From Macrostomum lignano (Eukaryota), in contig NIVC01001994.1 of assembly GCA_002269645.1 (NCBI GenBank), positions 124,001 through 188,000 of the forward strand: a stretch of 64,000 nucleotides of DNA, written 5' to 3'. The stretch's first letter is position 1, and every line of letters begins with the position of its first letter. Below the pieces are notes generated by a model. It made no database searches and was not told the origin of the DNA. It was given only the letters and a program-made list of their open reading frames with translations. A program made the translations under genes and the position numbers. This document shows, piece after piece, positions 62,401 through 64,000 of the stretch.

Positions 62401-63580
62401 GAGCCTCTGAGTGACTCACTGAGCCTATGAGTGACTCACTGAGCCTCTTAGTGACTCACTGAGCCTCTTAGTGACTCACTGAGCCTATGAGTGACTCACT
62501 AAGCTTTCTGAGTCAGGTCTGAGTGAATCCCATGAGTCTGAGTGACGGAGTCTCAGTGGCTGGTGTTAGAATCTCTGAGCGATTGGTGTTAGAGTCCCTG
62601 AGTGACTGGTGTTACAGTCCCTGAGTGACTGGTGTCAGAGTCCCTAAGTGACTGGTGTCAGAGTCCCTGAGTGACTGGTGTTAGTCCCTAAGTGACTGGT
62701 GTCAGAGTCCCTGAGTGACTGGTGTCAGAGTCCCTGAGTGACTGGTGTTAGAGTCCCTGAGTGACTGGTGTCAGAGTCCCTGAGTGACTGGTGTCAGAGT
62801 CCCTGAGTGACTGGTGTTAGAGTCCCTGAGTGACTGGTGTCAGAGTCCCTGAGTGACTGGTGTCAGAGTCCCTGAGTGACTGGTGTTAGAGTCCCTGAGT
62901 GACTGGTGTCAGAGTCCCTGAGTGACTGGTGTCAGAGTCCCTGAGTGACTGGTGTCAGAGTCCCTGAGTGACTGGTGTTACAGTCCCTGAGTGACTGGTG
63001 TTAGAGTCCCTGAGTGACTGGTGTTACAGTCCCTGAGTGACTGGTGTTACAGAGCAATCAAGCACAGCCAGAAGCTCCTCACCCGAGATCTGGAATCCGC
63101 CGGGAACAATAACGACAAGTCGTGTCTGTACAGTTGCGGGTGGCGGCCAGACAGAGACACCAGCACGCCTCTATAGACAAACAACCACAGGCAGCGCTGA
63201 CGAACCAGCAGCACCATAGCCGGAGCAGCTTGCAGACGCTGATTCAAGCTTAAACTATAAATACCTTCGTTAGCGCCAATCAGCAGTACAGATTCGTTCC
63301 GAGGCGACGTCCATTTTGCTACAGCGTTGATTTTTAATGGACAATCATCGAATATTTTGCTGAGACCGCTGCCCAGTCTCAGGGGCCGGTGAGGCGGCTG
63401 AGCAGCAATCGGATCCGAGCACTGATGCTGATGTAGCAACTGATTGACAGCCATAATTTGCGTCGGTAGCTCCTGATTAGGCTCAGATTTTGGCCGGGGT
63501 AGCAGCGGAGTTGACGGATGCTGCTGGGTTGGCGTTGATGGCGGCGTTGGCGGAGCCGGCTCGACCGCTGCGACCGGGTT
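59428..63580 (-). CDS. MAP4K3/5: MAP4K3/MAP4K5-like (GCK family) kinase, last three exons encoding the CNH domain; kinase domain upstream of the window
   Basis: Exons 63580-63083, 61080-60688, 59829-59428, all phase 0, GT-AG. SKIFDDCPLKI, IGANEGIYSL, KIPRTKGC, PFVCVGV, FYKHGFQAR, VLERRP match the CNH C-terminus of MAP4K3/5. Confidence 0.85.
59870..60640. repeat. 22-bp (GATACCCATTAGATACCTGCCT) and related repeats in the last MAP4K intron
   Basis: Visible. Confidence 0.9.
61130..61900. repeat. 21-22-bp minisatellite (GAGACTCAGGGTGGTCACTCAA), MAP4K intron
   Basis: Visible. Confidence 0.95.
62300..62515. repeat. 20-bp minisatellite (TGAGCCTCTGAGTGACTCAC), MAP4K intron
   Basis: Visible; most units carry TGACTCA. 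Confidence 0.9.
62580..63050. repeat. 23-bp minisatellite (GAGTGACTGGTGTCAGAGTCCCT), MAP4K intron
   Basis: Visible. Confidence 0.95.
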
Positions 63581-63839
63581 CTGGAAGGCCGCACAATGAG
63601 TGAAACCGCGTATTGTTTTGAAGTACAGTAAGTACTATTAATCAAGTGTGAATGATTGATTGTCTTACAGAGTTAGTCAAAGTCGATGTGTCGCCGTTGC
63701 AACTAGCCAGAATGGTTGGTTGAGTGTCTCTACAAATGCGAAATGCGACGTACCGGACTATACTTGAGTGTAGTCAATGGTGATACTCAATAGTGTCCAA
63801 AGTGATACTTCAGTAGTCAGAGGTTGTGCTTAACAAATG

Positions 63840-64000
63840 TCCGAGATGATACTCAAAGACTGTCCGAGATGATACTCAGACTGTCCGAGATGATACTCAA
63901 ACTGTCCGAGATGATACTCAGACTGTCCGAGATGATACTCAAACTGTCCGAGATGATACTCAGACTGTCCGAGATGATACTCAGACTGTCCGAGATGATA
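63840..64000. repeat. ~20-bp minisatellite (CTGTCCGAGATGATACTCA..), runs off the window end
   Basis: Visible. Confidence 0.9.

Overview
Eukaryotic (metazoan) genomic DNA with GT-AG introns, most of them filled by mini- or microsatellites. The style resembles free-living flatworm (Macrostomum-like) assemblies, but that is inference only. Genes: WASHC4/SWIP (minus, 9 exons, 3' end outside the window); WBP4/FBP21 (plus, complete, start codon split by an intron); two nearly identical Mx-like dynamin GTPase genes arranged tail-to-tail (32.5-35.8 kb plus, 43.0-39.4 kb minus); the last three exons of a MAP4K3/5-like CNH-domain gene (minus); and an orphan single-pass membrane ORF. Mobile DNA: a dead mariner split by a 6.6-kb CACTG/EnSpm-type transposon with two long open ORFs, which itself carries a LINE 3' fragment, all inside the probable first intron of Mx copy A. 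Also a second mariner relic, a related 770-bp MITE, a degenerate APE-RT LINE interrupted by a hAT-type MITE, and a tRNA-derived SINE. The best candidate for an undescribed system is the inverted Mx-like pair: both copies have a non-canonical G4 motif (TCPD), patchy near-identity suggesting gene conversion, and parallel GAS/kB-like motif + TATA + short first-exon promoters. All family assignments come from motif recognition by eye; no database searches were run.
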